A stretch of 64,000 nt of DNA from an uncultured Eubacteriales bacterium (GCA_900542615.1 UQOG01000001.1:22668-86667), one strand, 5' to 3'; positions 48,038 through 57,254 are shown, counted from the stretch's first letter. Translations and numbers: made by a program. The notes: a model not told the origin generated them from the letters alone.

Positions 48038-49330
48038 ATGAAACGAAGCGCATTTTCGCAGCTCATGAAATGGAAGGACAACCCGGAACGGAAACCGCTG
48101 GTCATTCGCGGCGCTCGCCAGGTAGGAAAGACCTGGCTTATGAAAGCGTTCGGGGAGAGCTGCTATGAGAGCTATGCCTACTTCAACTTCGACGAGGAAG
48201 ACGAGCTGAAATCCGTTTTTGAGACGAACAAGAATCCGCAGCGGATTATCGAGCTGCTTTCCATGATTGCCGGAGAGAAGATACTGCCCGGGGAAACCCT
48301 ACTGATCTTCGATGAGGTACAGGAATGCCCGCAGGCGCTGAATGCGCTCAAATACTTCAAAGAGAGGGCGAATGATTACCATGTTGTGGCGGCCGGAAGT
48401 TTGCTTGGGACACTGCTTGCCCAGCCGAAATCCTATCCGGTAGGCATGGTCAATCTGCTCGACCTTTACCCGCTCTGCTTCGATGAATTTCTCGAAGCGA
48501 CCGATCCTGCGCTCTTTGCTTATTATGAAAGCATCCGAAAAGATCAAACGATCGAAGAAATCTTTCACAACCGTCTGCTTGATGCCTACAACAACTACCT
48601 GATCATCGGCGGGATGCCGGAATGCGTCGTTTCTTGGGTGAATCACAAAGACCCGGCGGCAATATCACGGATTCAGCGAGAGCTGGTGGAAATCTATGAA
48701 AATGACTTTGGAAAGCACAACGGAAAAGTAAACAGCGGGCGCATCCTGATGGTATTCCGCAGTATTGTTTCCCAACTTGCAAAGTCCAATGAGAAGTTTA
48801 TCTACGGCGCTGTCCGGCAGGGTGGCAGAGCGCGAGACTTTGAAGAGGCAATCGAATGGCTTGTTTCAGCCGGTATGCTCAACCGCATCTACAATGTCTC
48901 CAAGATTGAGCACCCGCTTTCCGCCTTTGATAAGCGTGACCAATTCAAGCTTTTCCTCTTTGATACCGGGCTGCTTAAGCATATGGCGGGTATCGACAAC
49001 AGCGCCATTCTGCTGAAAGCAGATTACCAATTCAAGGGACCGTTGACGGAAAACTATATATTGCAGCAGCTTCGCGGTCAGTTTGAGGTGGAACCTCGCT
49101 ATTATTCGGACAAAGCCGGTGAGATCGACTTTGTGCTGCAAAGCGGCACGGAGATTATCCCGATCGAGGCAAAAGGCGGCGAAGATAAGTCCGCGCCTTC
49201 CTTTAAGCGGTATATCACAGAGCGCCATCCCCAGCACGCCATCCGTTTTTCAAAGCGAGGGTACCGGAAGGATGGTGAAATCACGAACATCCCCCTTTAC
49301 CTTGCAAGAAAGACAAAAGAGCTGCTCTGA
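48038..49330 (+). CDS. AAA-family ATPase with DUF4143-type C-terminal domain
   Basis: ATG 48038 after ggtgaggtg; Walker A GARQVGKT, Walker B LLIFDEVQ; AAA_14/DUF4143 architecture. Confidence 0.82.
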   Translation: MKRSAFSQLMKWKDNPERKPLVIRGARQVGKTWLMKAFGESCYESYAYFNFDEEDELKSVFETNKNPQRIIELLSMIAGEKILPGETLLIFDEVQECPQALNALKYFKERANDYHVVAAGSLLGTLLAQPKSYPVGMVNLLDLYPLCFDEFLEATDPALFAYYESIRKDQTIEEIFHNRLLDAYNNYLIIGGMPECVVSWVNHKDPAAISRIQRELVEIYENDFGKHNGKVNSGRILMVFRSIVSQLAKSNEKFIYGAVRQGGRARDFEEAIEWLVSAGMLNRIYNVSKIEHPLSAFDKRDQFKLFLFDTGLLKHMAGIDNSAILLKADYQFKGPLTENYILQQLRGQFEVEPRYYSDKAGEIDFVLQSGTEIIPIEAKGGEDKSAPSFKRYITERHPQHAIRFSKRGYRKDGEITNIPLYLARKTKELL

Positions 49331-49334
49331 CACA

Positions 49335-49367
49335 AAGCCCCTCACATCCCGCGAGGGGCTTATTTTG
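49335..49367 (+). terminator. terminator of the ATPase gene
   Basis: aagcccctc-N9-gaggggctt followed by attttgg. Confidence 0.65.
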
Positions 49368-49482
49368 GCTATCAGCCCTGAGATTGCTCTATGATATACT
49401 ATCCTCACCGCCATCATCGATGTCCGGTGCCGGATGCGGTCGCGGCTACAGTGGATGAAGGGAAACCGGCGAGATTGCCTAA

Positions 49483-49550
49483 AAACCCAAGGGAATCCGG
49501 CAATTTCATCATTATAAAGGCTATGCCAAGAGGCATGGCCTTTTTGTTTG
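49483..49550 (+). repeat. ~67-bp imperfect direct repeat, copy 2 (hairpin + tttttgtttg)
   Basis: See copy 1; here the hairpin is followed by a T-run, so it looks like a plus-strand intrinsic terminator. Confidence 0.75.
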
Positions 49551-49691
49551 CTTTCGAAGAACACCGGCGAAACAATCGGAAAGATGGGGGAGGGAAGCCA
49601 TAGCCTGTTGAGCCGATTCCAAGGCGGCCAGAAACGACGCAATTTGTAGCAAAGATGCAAGCCATGCAAAAAATCAAAGGAGGAACCCACC

Positions 49692-50531
49692 ATGACCAAA
49701 GTCATCGCCATCGCCCATGAAAAAGGGGGCGTAGGCAAAACCACTACCACCATCAACCTAGGCATCGGCTTGGCCCGGCAAGGAAAAAACGTCTTGCTCT
49801 TGGACGCCGATCCCCAGGGCGATCTGACCAAATGCCTTGGCGTGAAAGAACCCAAGGCTCTGCGCCATACCATCGCCTCCTGTATGGATTATCTCATCGC
49901 CCATGGCGAGGAGGACTATCTTCCCGATTTTGTTTACGCCGACGCCATCCGGCAGCATGACGAAGGCGTGGATTTCATCCCCGCCAACGCCAGCCTTGCG
50001 GCCACGGAGGTGACCCTGGTAAACAGCATAAGCCGGGAAACCGTTCTGCGGCAGTATCTGAACGTTGTAAAGCAGCAATATGATTACGTCCTCATCGACT
50101 GCCGCCCCTCCCTTGGCCTTACGGTCATCAATGCCTTGACCGCCGCCGACAGCGTGATCATCCCGGTACAAGCCCATATCTTGGCCGCACAGGATATGGA
50201 CGCCCTGTTCAAAACCATCGGCCGGGTACGGCGGCAGCTGAATCCGCACCTACAGGTGGACGGTATCTGCATGACCATGGTAGATGCCCGTACCAATCTG
50301 GCCCGGACTACCGCAAAGTCCATTCGGGAGAACTACGGCTCCCTGGTACGGGTGTTTCAAAGCGAGATCCCCTTTGCCATCCGGGCGGCCGAGGTGCCGG
50401 AGAAAGGCCAGAGCATCTATGCCTACGACCCCAACGGGCGGGTGGCAAAAGCATATGAAGCATTGACCAAGGAGGTGATGGCGCTTGGAAACCGGGAATA
50501 CGAAAAAGCCCAGGATTACCACGCTAGATGA
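49692..50531 (+). CDS. parA: ParA-family partition ATPase
   Basis: SD aaaggagga; deviant Walker A HEKGGVGKTTTT; DADPQGDLT. Confidence 0.9.
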   Translation: MTKVIAIAHEKGGVGKTTTTINLGIGLARQGKNVLLLDADPQGDLTKCLGVKEPKALRHTIASCMDYLIAHGEEDYLPDFVYADAIRQHDEGVDFIPANASLAATEVTLVNSISRETVLRQYLNVVKQQYDYVLIDCRPSLGLTVINALTAADSVIIPVQAHILAAQDMDALFKTIGRVRRQLNPHLQVDGICMTMVDARTNLARTTAKSIRENYGSLVRVFQSEIPFAIRAAEVPEKGQSIYAYDPNGRVAKAYEALTKEVMALGNREYEKAQDYHAR

Positions 50532-51444
50532 CCTGTTCGGCATCCCCTCAGCCCCGGATGCCGGCGGGGCGCAAATACAGCAGATCGAATTGCGTAAGCT
50601 TCACGAATTTGAGGGGCATCCCTTCAAGGTGTTGGAGGATCAGGCCCTGTTGGACATGGCGAAAAGCATCCAGGAAATCGGCCAGCTTACCCCTGCCATT
50701 GCAAGGCCATTGGAGGATAGGCCCGGCGAATATGAATTGGTCTCCGGCAACCGCCGGCATCGGGCCTGCCTGCTGGCGGGCCTTACCCATATGCGGGTGA
50801 TCGTCAAGGAAATGACCCGGGATGAAGCCATCATCCAGATGGTGGACGCCAATTTGCAAAGGGAACACATCCTGCCCAGCGAACGGGCTATGGCATATAA
50901 AATGAAGCTGGAAGCGATACGAAGGAGGGCCGGAAGACCTACTAAAGAAAATTCGGGCCAAGTTGGCCCGAATTTTGATAATCGCCGTTCTAACGCCATT
51001 GTTGCAGAACAGGCTGGCGAAAGCATTAAGCAAGTGCAGCGCTTCATCCGCCTAACCGCCCTCATCCCGCCCCTTTTGGACATGGTGGACAATCGAAAAA
51101 TCGCCTTCAATCCAGCCGTGGAATTGTCCTATCTATCCGAGCAACAGCAATACGACCTTTGCGAAGCCATGGAGCTGTACGACTGCACCCCTTCCCTATC
51201 CCAGTCCCAGCGGCTCAAGGAGGCCGCGCGGGCCGGGAAGCTGGATAAAAACGGCATGGAGTTGGTCATGCAGGAGGAAAAGCCCAACCAAAAGGAGGTG
51301 GTCAAATTGTCCAGAGAGCGGCTGAACAAATATTTTCCCCCGGACATGCCGCCCCAGAAGATCGAAGAAACCATTGTGAAAGCCCTGGACCTGTACTACA
51401 AGCGGCTGGAACGGCATAGGCAGGAGCAGGAATACACGAGATAG
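50485..51444 (+). CDS. parB: ParB/Srx-domain partition/nuclease-like protein
   Basis: TTG 50485, 7 nt after ggaggtg, overlapping the parA 3' end; ParB-N motifs HPFKV and VSGNRRHRA. Confidence 0.85.
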   Translation: METGNTKKPRITTLDDLFGIPSAPDAGGAQIQQIELRKLHEFEGHPFKVLEDQALLDMAKSIQEIGQLTPAIARPLEDRPGEYELVSGNRRHRACLLAGLTHMRVIVKEMTRDEAIIQMVDANLQREHILPSERAMAYKMKLEAIRRRAGRPTKENSGQVGPNFDNRRSNAIVAEQAGESIKQVQRFIRLTALIPPLLDMVDNRKIAFNPAVELSYLSEQQQYDLCEAMELYDCTPSLSQSQRLKEAARAGKLDKNGMELVMQEEKPNQKEVVKLSRERLNKYFPPDMPPQKIEETIVKALDLYYKRLERHRQEQEYTR

Positions 51445-51467
51445 CGCCCATGTGAAGCATGGGCGCT
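51443..51467 (+). terminator. hairpin agcgcccatg-tgaag-catgggcgct, copy 1
   Basis: Starts in the parB stop codon; the same hairpin recurs at 51667-51690. Confidence 0.55.
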
Positions 51468-51474
51468 CAGGTTG

Positions 51475-51504
51475 TCGAAAAAGTGGCTTGCGCCACTTTT
51501 TCGA
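51475..51504 (+). terminator. perfect 13-bp palindrome tcgaaaaagtggc-ttgc-gccactttttcga
   Basis: Read directly; core almost identical to the palindrome at 1761-1789. Confidence 0.55.
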
Positions 51505-51666
51505 GGTTTTCATAGCTCCCTTGCGCCTACGGCGCGGCCAGGGAGCTATGCAGGGAAACCCTTGCTACGCAAGGCTTTTTGCGGATTTGCCGTACATGCC
51601 GCCAAATCCGATGAAAGCCTAAAATGACTGCGATCTTCCATTCTCCAAAGGTTTCTCGACAAGTTG

Positions 51667-51696
51667 AGCGCCCATGTGAAGCATGGGCGTTTTTTC
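51667..51696 (+). terminator. hairpin agcgcccatg-tgaag-catgggcgt + tttttc, copy 2
   Basis: Same stem-loop as 51443-51467, here followed by a T-run. Confidence 0.65.
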
Positions 51697-51713
51697 GTCC
51701 CCAGGAGGCGAAT

Positions 51714-52118
51714 ATGCAGGAAACAACCATGTTTGACCAGCCGGAAACCTCCCCTTGGGGAGAAATTCAACGCTGTGTGCCCATCTGCCATGGCGTATAC
51801 CAGGTGTCCACCGCAAGCCATGGCGGCGTCATGCTAACGGTTCGCCTGGCCCGGGCGCTGCTTTCATCTGAAGCGCGCGCCTGCGGGTTCCGAGACGGCC
51901 GCTATCTCTGCTTTGAGGAGGATTGCCAGGCAGCGGCCGTATTGCTGGAACTCTTGAATAAGGGGCTGCACAAGTCTCCCCAATGGTTTGCGCCAGATCA
52001 ATACCGGGCAGCTTTGGAATCGACCGTAAAACGGTATTTTCCCCAATACTGGCGATCCCGTAAGGGGCTGGCCGAAGCCGAACAGGCAAAACAAATCCAC
52101 ATGTGGGAAGGGAGGTGA
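51714..52118 (+). CDS. conserved conjugative-element hypothetical protein
   Basis: ATG 51714 after aggagg; ..SPWGEIQ....GVYQVSTASHGGVML.. motif that I associate with plasmid/ICE accessory proteins; no function known. Confidence 0.6.
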   Translation: MQETTMFDQPETSPWGEIQRCVPICHGVYQVSTASHGGVMLTVRLARALLSSEARACGFRDGRYLCFEEDCQAAAVLLELLNKGLHKSPQWFAPDQYRAALESTVKRYFPQYWRSRKGLAEAEQAKQIHMWEGR

Positions 52119-52122
52119 TCCA

Positions 52123-52305
52123 TTGCACTTTACAGAAGGCAAAGACCTGGAATATGAGCGGCTCATGCAGCAAAAGCCCGGCTTTGACAGGAAGCCCAAC
52201 AAGCTTGTCGCGCCGAGGGGGAAACGGGGATGCCCCCGCTGCCTGCATTGGGATGCACAGGCGGAAAAATGCGGCATTGCAACCTGCTTGTATTTCCCCA
52301 GATAG
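52123..52305 (+). CDS. small cysteine-rich protein (60 aa)
   Basis: TTG 52123 after gggaggtga; CPRC...C....C pattern. Position and size resemble the small Cys-rich proteins of Firmicutes conjugative elements; tentative. Confidence 0.45.
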   Translation: MHFTEGKDLEYERLMQQKPGFDRKPNKLVAPRGKRGCPRCLHWDAQAEKCGIATCLYFPR

Positions 52306-52463
52306 CCCGCGCCAAGGGGGACGTATGCCCTTTATTCCTTCCCAACGGTCGATGTGACTTCCCCCTTCCCCCGTAACCCCTAACCCTTGATTACCAGCCG
52401 AGAAAAACAAATACCAGCCGGAAAACGAAAAACTTCACGTCCAAGCAAGCCTTGGAGGTGTTT

Positions 52464-52514
52464 AGGGGCCGCCATCCTGACCCAAGCCCAGGATCAGCGG
52501 CCCTGTTTTTGTTT
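52464..52514 (+). terminator. strong hairpin + T-run in the adhesin leader
   Basis: aggggccgccatcctg...caggatcagcggccct followed by gtttttgttt; ends about 17 nt before the adhesin SD. Confidence 0.6.
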
Positions 52515-52544
52515 CCGGCAGGTAAAAAGCAAAGGAGAAGCAAC

Positions 52545-55500
52545 ATGCAACGATATCGGAAAATCGTTTGTCTGGCGTTGGCCGTTCTCATGCTGCTGGG
52601 CCTTATGTCCCCGGCATTGGCGGCCAGCACGGTTATTACCAACCAGGACAACAGCTATGACTACTTCGAGTACTATGGCTCCAACGGCGAATGGAACGAT
52701 CTGAACACCCCCTATCACTACGATAGCGCAGGCAACCTCGCCTACTGTATCGAGCACAAGAAGGACCCCCCTTCCTCCGGGGGCACCAGCTATTCGGATT
52801 TCGATCCCTCCGCCATCTTCTCAGGTTCCACCATCACCGGCATCCAGGCCATCCTGGATCATGGTTACCCGGTCTCTTCCGGCGGGTTAAGCAGTGCCGA
52901 AGCGCACTACGCCACCGCCAACGCCTTGCGGGCCTGGATCTACGAGAGCGCAGGCCAGGGCTATAACTTCATGGACGTAAGCCGGGGCTATGTCCGGGCC
53001 AAGGAGGGCGCGGAACAAGTGTGGAATCTATTCATGCGCCTGCTTGCCTACGGCCGCAGCGGGCAGACCACCGGCGGGGGGAGCGGCGGCGGGGAAATCA
53101 TCGTATCCGCCCCTAACTTCCGGCTCACCTGGCAGCTGGTGGACGGCCGGCTCCAAACCAGCCTCACCGTCCAGGCTCCCAACGGATATACCATCCAGCC
53201 CAGCCACAGCGACGTAACCATCCAGGGCTATACCGGCGGCACGCATGATGAATTGACCATCACCGCCCCCGTAAGCCTGGGGGGCACGGACGTTTCCTTG
53301 TTCATCCAGGGCAAGGGCGGGTCAACGGGCAAAAGCGCCCTGCTGTACTGGTATGAACCGGAATCCTCCAGCAGCAGGCAGCGGGTCGTTGCGGTGGAGA
53401 TGGCCGCAGGCGGTGCGCCGGATAGCGGCTATGTGTACATCACCGGCGGGTTTTTCGACCTGACGGTAAGAAAGACGGACAATTATACCAACGCGGCCCT
53501 GGATGGCGCGGTGTTCCAGCTTTCCCAGGGCGGCAACCCCATCTGCCTTACCGAGACCGGCCCAGGGCAATATACCCCCGGCGGCAGCGCCAACACCTTT
53601 ACCACCAGCGGCGGCAGGGCATATATCAGCGGCCTGCCCGGGGGCAGCTATACCTTGACCGAGGTCTCCCCGCCCCATGGGGGATATGTGGGCATGCGCC
53701 CCACCAACATAGATTTGACGGGGAACGGCACGGTGGACATAGAAAACGCACCCACCCAGGTAAACGTGGTAAAGACCAACGGCTTGACCCAAGCGCCCAT
53801 GCCTGGCGTGACCTTTACGCTCACGAATGAACAGGGCGAGCCGGTGCTCCTTTCCAAACACCAGGACGGCACCTACCGGCCGGACAGCGAAGGCGCGGAC
53901 GGATTCACCGTGGACGCGGACGGCAAAGCCACCATCCTCTATCTGCCGGCGGGTACATATACCATCCACGAACCCAATGCCGAAGGATTCGCCCAATTGG
54001 GCAGCGATACCTTCACCCTTTCCGAGATCACCAACATCCAGGCGGTGAACGAACCCCTTTGCATGATCGTAACCAAGGTGGACAGCTTCACCGGGGAATC
54101 CCTCCCGGGCGTCCCCTTCACCCTGCTGGATGAAGCCGGCAAGGCGCTGCAATTCACCAAGCAGGCGGATGGTGTTTATCACTACGACCCGGCGGGCACG
54201 GCAGGCTTTGAGACCGGCGCGGAGGGTACCGCCACCCTCTACTATGTTCCCGCAGGCGCCTATACCTTGCGGGAAACGGGGGACATGGGCTTAGGATATG
54301 CGAAGCCCCAGGATGTTTCCATCACCATTACAAGGGAAAACGGCGTGCGCAACCCGCTGGCGGTGCGCTTCCAGAACAACCCGACCACCCTGGAATTCAC
54401 CAAAGCGGACGCGGTCACCAAAGAACCGCTGGATGGCGGCGTCTTCCGGCTGCTGGACGAAGGCGGCGAGGCGGTTCTGCTCAAGGAGCTGGAGCCGGGC
54501 AGCTACCGGCCGGACGAGGAGGGGCAGAGCACCTTCACCACCCAGGATGGCGAAGCGGTATTCCGGTACTTACCGCCCCAGGCATATACCATTGAGGAGG
54601 TGGAAGCGCCTGCGGGGTATACCAAGGATACCCCCAAATCCGTAACCGTCACGGCGCAAAACGATGTATCAAACGCAGCAAAGCTCAGTATGCAGGACTA
54701 CGCCCTGACCCTAACCTTCGATAAAACGGACGGGCTGACGGACAAACCCCTGGACGGCTGTACCTTCGTCCTCAAGGACAGCGAAGGGGAGACCGTGCCC
54801 TTAATCAAAGTAAAAAACGGCGTATATAAGCCGGATGCAGATGGGGAGGCCGCCTTCACCACCTATGAAGGCAGCGCATCCATCACCCAGATCCAGCCGG
54901 GCCAATATACCATCTGCGAAGAGACCCCGGCGGAGGGTTACACCAAGGCGGCGGATATCGCCGTTACGGTTTCCCAAACCCACATCGCCGCCAGCCCCGC
55001 CGCTGCCGGCATGAAAAACGGGGTCACCGCCATTTCGCTAAACAAGGTAGACGCACAAAGCGGCAGCCCTATCGGCGGGGCGGTGTTCCGGCTGTTGGAC
55101 GAGGCAGGCGAACCGGTAACGCTCTCCACCATAGCGGGCAAGCCTGGCTGGATGCGGCCGGACCGGGGCGGCAGCGAAACCTTTACCATCCCGGAAACCG
55201 GCCTGACCCTTGCCTACCTGCCCCGGGGGGAATATGAATTGGCGGAGGCAAGCCCCGCCCCCGGCTATGCGCCGCCAGCAGAAAACGTTTCCCTATCCGT
55301 GACGGACAGCACCACAACGGCAGCCCCCGGCGAAGCCACGCTGTCCAACGAGCCGCTGGCCGTAGAGGTGACGAAAACCGACGCCTTAAACGGAGCCCCG
55401 CTTCCCGGCGTACAGTTCAAGGTGCTGGATGAAACCGGCGAAGCGCTGCTGTTTACAAAAACAGCGGAGGGGGTATACCGGGTGGATCCGGACGGCGCAG

Positions 55501-57224
55501 CCCTGTTTCAAACCGGGCCGGATGGCAAGGCAATGCTGCTTGCTGTTCCTGCAGGGGACTATACCCTGGTGGAAACAGGGAATGCCGGCTTTGGCAAGGT
55601 GGAGCCGGTGCCCTTTACGGTAACGAATGCGAATACCCACGAGACGCCCGTGGCAATCGGCGTAGAAAACCAGCCTCTTGCTTTGGAAGTCTATAAGGTG
55701 GATAAAGAGAGCCAGGTCCCCCTTGGAGGGGTCCCCTTTAAGCTATTCAATGGCGAGGGTGCGCCTCTTTGCTTTGCGCTAGGCGACGACGGTATCTATC
55801 GGGTTTCCGCAGAGGGGGATGCAATTTTTCTGACGGACGATATGGGCAAGGCAACGTTGCTGTATGTACCAGAGGGCATACTTACGCTGGAGGAGCAGCC
55901 CCATTCCGGATATGGTGTAGCCTCCCCGGTGAGCGTTACCATCTCCGAGGAAAATATCCTGGCGCTGCCCAAGGCTGTGACCGTAGAGAATGAACCTCTT
56001 GCGGTGGAGATCTATAAGGAGGATGCTTTTACCGGAGCGCCCATGGCCGCCTCCTTTACGCTGCTGGACGGGACGGGCAAGACCATACCGCTGGCCCGCA
56101 TGTCGGATGGCGCTTACCGCCCGGCGGATACGGTATCGGAGGCCGCAAAGGCCGAGGAAAGGGCGGAAGCAGACGGAACCCAGGCTGCGCCCACCCTTGT
56201 AGAAAAGGTAAACGCCTTGACCCTGGACGCCAAGACCGGCAAGGCCCGCATCGAGTATCTTACGGAGGGCACTTATCAGCTGGTGGAGGACCCGGTTTCT
56301 GGCTATATGGCCCTGTCCGGGATTGAATTCACCTTGCAGAACCAGCACACCAAGACCTTGCCCCTGCAATGCACCGTGTCCAATCTCCCTACCCGTTTCT
56401 TGCTGGAAAAGCAGGATGGGGCAACCAAGCAGCCCCTACAAAGCGCCAAATTCAAGCTGACGGATGAAAATGGGAAGGCGATAAAGCTGATGCAGCAGGA
56501 AGATGGCACCTACCGGCCTGCCCAGGAAGGGGAAACCGGCATTGAGATTTTGGAGCTTACCAATGAGAATGCCCAGGCCATAATCTGTTATTTACCTGCC
56601 GGGAAGGTGACGGTAACAGAGGTGGAAGGGCCCGTTGGCTACAGTATAGCCCCGCCCATCACCACGGAGGTGGGAACGGAAATTGTACTGCATACCGCCG
56701 TCCAGGCGCAAAAGGAAGATGCAACGGCACCTCCTCTCGCGGAAACTTCCCTGGCGGTGGTGGACTTACCCCTTGCGTTGAAGATCAGCAAGGTACACAG
56801 CAAGACGCACAAGCCCCTTCCCGGAGCAGGCTTCCAGCTGAAATCGGAGTCCGCTCTTTCCACGCCGCTGACCTTCACCCTGCGGGACGGCGTCTATTGG
56901 TATGACCCAGATGGCAGCGTCACCACCATAGAGGCGGCTGGGGATACCTGCGAAGCCCTTCTATACGGCCTCCCTGTCGGGAAATACCAGCTGGAGGAGA
57001 CCGTGGTTCCCGAGCATTTCTTCCCTGCGCCCCCGGTGGCGGTGGAGATCACCCTGGAAACCACCAGCGAAACCCCAAGGGAAGTGGTGGTCACCAACAC
57101 CCCCCAGGTGAAGCTGGGCATTGACGCCGATAAATTCAACGTGGTGATCGCCATGGCCCTGACCCTGCTCATTGGCGGCGGCGTGGGAATTGCTGTTCTG
57201 GTGCGGTATAGAAGGAAGCGGTAA
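52545..57224 (+). CDS. giant surface adhesin: N-terminal adhesin/thioester-like domain + many SpaA/Cna-B (prealbumin-fold) repeats + C-terminal TM anchor
   Basis: ATG 52545 after aaaggaga; signal peptide ..SPALAAS; N-domain with AYCIEHKKDPP. At least 12 divergent repeats of the pattern F.L.DE.G..........G.Y....G...F.T...G.A....LP.G.YT..E..AP.GY. C-terminus is a hydrophobic helix + RYRRKR with no recognisable LPXTG. Confidence 0.82.
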   Translation: MQRYRKIVCLALAVLMLLGLMSPALAASTVITNQDNSYDYFEYYGSNGEWNDLNTPYHYDSAGNLAYCIEHKKDPPSSGGTSYSDFDPSAIFSGSTITGIQAILDHGYPVSSGGLSSAEAHYATANALRAWIYESAGQGYNFMDVSRGYVRAKEGAEQVWNLFMRLLAYGRSGQTTGGGSGGGEIIVSAPNFRLTWQLVDGRLQTSLTVQAPNGYTIQPSHSDVTIQGYTGGTHDELTITAPVSLGGTDVSLFIQGKGGSTGKSALLYWYEPESSSSRQRVVAVEMAAGGAPDSGYVYITGGFFDLTVRKTDNYTNAALDGAVFQLSQGGNPICLTETGPGQYTPGGSANTFTTSGGRAYISGLPGGSYTLTEVSPPHGGYVGMRPTNIDLTGNGTVDIENAPTQVNVVKTNGLTQAPMPGVTFTLTNEQGEPVLLSKHQDGTYRPDSEGADGFTVDADGKATILYLPAGTYTIHEPNAEGFAQLGSDTFTLSEITNIQAVNEPLCMIVTKVDSFTGESLPGVPFTLLDEAGKALQFTKQADGVYHYDPAGTAGFETGAEGTATLYYVPAGAYTLRETGDMGLGYAKPQDVSITITRENGVRNPLAVRFQNNPTTLEFTKADAVTKEPLDGGVFRLLDEGGEAVLLKELEPGSYRPDEEGQSTFTTQDGEAVFRYLPPQAYTIEEVEAPAGYTKDTPKSVTVTAQNDVSNAAKLSMQDYALTLTFDKTDGLTDKPLDGCTFVLKDSEGETVPLIKVKNGVYKPDADGEAAFTTYEGSASITQIQPGQYTICEETPAEGYTKAADIAVTVSQTHIAASPAAAGMKNGVTAISLNKVDAQSGSPIGGAVFRLLDEAGEPVTLSTIAGKPGWMRPDRGGSETFTIPETGLTLAYLPRGEYELAEASPAPGYAPPAENVSLSVTDSTTTAAPGEATLSNEPLAVEVTKTDALNGAPLPGVQFKVLDETGEALLFTKTAEGVYRVDPDGAALFQTGPDGKAMLLAVPAGDYTLVETGNAGFGKVEPVPFTVTNANTHETPVAIGVENQPLALEVYKVDKESQVPLGGVPFKLFNGEGAPLCFALGDDGIYRVSAEGDAIFLTDDMGKATLLYVPEGILTLEEQPHSGYGVASPVSVTISEENILALPKAVTVENEPLAVEIYKEDAFTGAPMAASFTLLDGTGKTIPLARMSDGAYRPADTVSEAAKAEERAEADGTQAAPTLVEKVNALTLDAKTGKARIEYLTEGTYQLVEDPVSGYMALSGIEFTLQNQHTKTLPLQCTVSNLPTRFLLEKQDGATKQPLQSAKFKLTDENGKAIKLMQQEDGTYRPAQEGETGIEILELTNENAQAIICYLPAGKVTVTEVEGPVGYSIAPPITTEVGTEIVLHTAVQAQKEDATAPPLAETSLAVVDLPLALKISKVHSKTHKPLPGAGFQLKSESALSTPLTFTLRDGVYWYDPDGSVTTIEAAGDTCEALLYGLPVGKYQLEETVVPEHFFPAPPVAVEITLETTSETPREVVVTNTPQVKLGIDADKFNVVIAMALTLLIGGGVGIAVLVRYRRKR

Positions 57225-57254
57225 CGCGCCTGGGGGTTGAAGGAGTCCCTATAT

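Noticed and set aside
53450-57100. Periodic ~290-nt repetition that could be mistaken for a repeat array or CRISPR-like structure.
   Set aside because: It is the in-frame succession of divergent SpaA/Cna-B-type protein domains inside one ORF. There are no short identical direct repeats with unique spacers.
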